A DNA stretch of 64,000 nt from Octopus sinensis (taxonomy: Eukaryota): assembly GCF_006345805.1 (NCBI RefSeq), contig NC_043016.1:29388001-29452000 (forward strand), written 5' to 3'. The notes under the pieces were generated by a model. The model saw only the letters and a list, made by a program, of their open reading frames with translations, made no database searches and was not told the origin of the DNA. The position numbers and the translations under genes are program-made. Shown one piece after another: positions 61,325 to 64,000 of this stretch. Within the stretch, counting starts at the first letter, position 1. Every line of letters begins with the position of its first letter.

Positions 61325-63357
61325 CCAACTAGAGCAAATAACATTTTGGATTTCTGCTTCACAAACAATATGGACATTGTTCAGGATGTGAAAGTGATGC
61401 TGACATTAGTTTCAGATTACAACATAAGAGAGCTGTCTATATATAGGCCAAAAGTAGCCAAAGGCATACAGCCTAAAGGAAGCACCCGAAATCTCTCCAA
61501 TCTGAACTTCAACAAAGCAGACTGGAAATTGATCTGAAAAGAGATATTCAGACAAGACTGGCTGAAATGTCTCTCCACACCAGACATTGGCGTGAAGCTA
61601 GAATATTTCATGTCTGTTATGCAAACCATATGCCAGAAATATGTCCCCGAGCACAAGGCCAACACAAAAAGGAGCAAGATTCCAAGGGAGAGGAAGATCC
61701 TCATGAGACAACGGACAAAGGTTGCAAATCAATTCAACCAACATTCCAAAAGTAGTGAAAGGTCTCACCTAAAAACAACACTAATGGAGATTTAAAAAAG
61801 CCTGCAACAATCCTATGTGAGGGTGAGAGCAGACAAAGAAGCCTGGGTTATAAAAAAAATTAAGTCAAACCCAAAGGCCTTCTTTCATTATGACAAAGAA
61901 ACAGCCTCAGTACCCCTCTTCCAAAAGGATGGCTCCCTCACAGATAGTCCAACCAGGATCAGTGCGGTACTGAATGACTAGTTTAAAAGTGTCTTTGCCA
62001 CCCCATTGGAACACAGATAAGTGAACAAACCAGGGGATTTCTTTGCCGCCTCATCTTTATGTAACCAACAAGGCAGTTATGATTATATCGACATTAGTGA
62101 AGAAGATATACTACAAGCTGTAGATGAGGTGGACGCAAACTCAACTGATGGTCCTGATGGTTTCCCAGTAATCTTCCTCAAATCGTGTGAGTGTGCCCTG
62201 GTGAAACCTCTGCAGATTCTCTTCCAGAGCTTTCTTGCAAATGGCATGCTGCCAAGCAAACTGAAGGAAGGAATAATATGCCCAATCCATAAAGGAGGAA
62301 TCAAAGTCATAGAACGGATAGTCAGAGGGAAACTAATTGCATTTCTTGAAGAAAATAACTTGCTGAGTGATACCCAGCATAGCTTTCAACCAGGTAGGAG
62401 CTGCCCGACCCAGCTCTTACAGCACTATGACTGGGTGTTAAGGCAGTTACTCAACAACTTAAATGTGGATGTAATATACCTTGACTTTGCAAAAGCTTTT
62501 GATAAAGTGGATCACGGTATGATATGTCACAAATTTCCAAGCCCTGCGCTACCAGCATCCAAAATTGAATATGAAAATTACAGAGTACATTGGTCCACAG
62601 GGGATTACAATTCCAGAGCCTAAATCAGCGAGGAACCTGGTTATCAACATGAGTGATGACACCTCTTTCCAAGTGCACATTACCAGGATGGCCACAAAGT
62701 GCAGACAACTGGTTGGATGGATCCTAAGAACGTTCAGGATCAGAGAGAAGGAAACCATGATGGTCCTCTGGAGAATATTCATCCTCAATCACCAGGACTA
62801 CTGCTCCAAGCTATGATCACCCAACAGTATAAAATTAACAGTGGACCTTGAAACAATCCAGCAAAGCTTCACAAAGAAGATTGTCTTGTTGCAACTGCTC
62901 AGCTACTGGAAAAGGCTGAAACAGCTAAGACACTACTTCCTGGAGCGAAGGTGGGAGAAGTATGCAGTAATATACATCTGGAAGACCCTGGAAGGAAGTG
63001 TGCCAAATTTTGGCATTGAAAGCTTCACCAATGCCAAAACGGGTCGACATTGCACAGTGCCAAAGATCCCAGCAATGCCATTATGCTTCAGGACCAGTTA
63101 CTGCTACAGTCTGGGTTTCAGGAACCCATAGCTTTTTAATATTCTCCCAAAGAGCCTGAGGGACCTACACAAAGTGGATGGAGAAGTTTTCAAATTAAAA
63201 CTGAATCTCTTCCTGTTGAGAGTACCAGCTGAACCCACCTCACGGCAAGAGGTGCAAATGGGGGTAATGACGTCAAACTCCCTTATTCACCAAACGCCAC
63301 ATATTAGAGGAGGCTCTCAATAACAACAGTGTAACAAAATGGCAGTGCTCCAGCACA
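61325..63357 (+). mobile_element. Second, diverged copy of the same CR1-clade LINE
   Basis: LNFNKADW, STDGPDGFP, KEGIICPIHKGG, YLDFAKAFDKVDHG and QDYCSKLW remnants; ends GGCAGTGCTCCAGCA. Confidence 0.92.
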
Positions 63358-63586
63358 AAAAATATTGTTGAAACTAGTTTGGTGTATATATAAATAAATT
63401 TATTCTAAACAATTACAAGTTTTTCAAATTTAGGTGCATTTTCAGAAACAAATATCCCTATATTTTTTCCTGCATGGAAATACACCCCTTCTTTTGTTAT
63501 ATATATATATATATATATATATACGTGAAGACCACTCGCGTTTTTTTCCCTCTGTCCTCCCACCTCGGGATCTTTCTTTCTCTTAT

Positions 63587-63621
63587 GTTTCCGATGAAGA
63601 GCTCCGCTCGAAACGTCATAC
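63587..63621 (+). ncRNA. Minimal hammerhead-like motif in a Penelope-type terminal repeat (U4->C)
   Basis: GUUU-CCGAUGA-A-GAGC(UCC)GCUC-GAAAC-GUC-AUAC. Confidence 0.55.
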
Positions 63622-63737
63622 CCTCCTTCTTCCCCTTTTTTCCTGAGCGCCTAATAATACTTTAATTGTTCCACTTTTTGCGTTGTTGTCTTTTTTGTTT
63701 TTCTTGTTTGGATTAACTTTATATATATATATATATA

Positions 63738-63864
63738 TATAACCAAGAAAAAAGCAACAAGAATGGATTAGAAATTTCGTACAATTGTTTCATAAAATTG
63801 TTCTTGGTATGAAACAATTGTACTAAACTACTAATCCATTCTTGTTGCTTTTTTCTTGGTTATA
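63738..63864. repeat. 127-bp fold-back palindrome next to (TA)n
   Basis: Outer arms TATAACCAAGAAAAAAGCAACAAGAATGGATTAG and its reverse complement; inner arms GTACAATTGTTTCATA / TATGAAACAATTGTAC. Confidence 0.9.
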
Positions 63865-64000
63865 ATCACCCCACATTATTTTATGGTTAATACCATAAAC
63901 AATTCTGGTGCATCTAAGTTAAGTACCATATTCATTTGAATTCATTGGAATTCACTTGAATCTTAATTGTTTTTGCTGAAAGATTATATATACACACACA

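Noticed and set aside
62021-62623. 200-aa RT-like ORF
   Set aside because: One frame of a decayed LINE with flanking stops and frameshifts; not a functional gene.
1-64000. rRNA, intact tRNA, CRISPR array or prokaryotic operon
   Set aside because: None seen; tRNA-like sequences are SINE heads and the regular repeats are microsatellites or retroposon modules.

Overview
AT-rich, repeat-saturated animal genomic DNA. The repeat landscape looks like a coleoid cephalopod, probably Octopus (inference; no database search was possible). Most of the window is microsatellite, several tRNA-derived SINE families, and 5'-truncated RTE, CR1-like and restriction-like-endonuclease (R4/Dong-type) LINE remnants. 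It also holds decayed mariner, hAT and piggyBac-type DNA elements and a decayed Penelope-like element (RT plus GIY-YIG). Nearly all ORFs in the supplied track are microsatellite translations or broken transposon frames. One probable host gene is visible, as two phase-compatible minus-strand coding exons (51826-51952 and 49981-50060, followed by AATAAA); I cannot name the product. The main unexpected signal is about 13 type I hammerhead-ribozyme motifs from roughly nine unrelated short repeat families. Three keep a fully intact catalytic core with supporting helices (58689-58746, 22265-22309, 54977-55029). Almost all have a tiny self-complementary stem III, most sit in or beside (TA)n tracts, and several lie in terminally redundant or fold-back units of about 300-450 nt. 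This is consistent with a retrozyme-like population of non-autonomous elements driven by Penelope-like retrotransposons. All structures were paired by eye and need computational and experimental confirmation. Repeat boundaries are approximate unless a target-site duplication (TSD) or terminal inverted repeat (TIR) is quoted.
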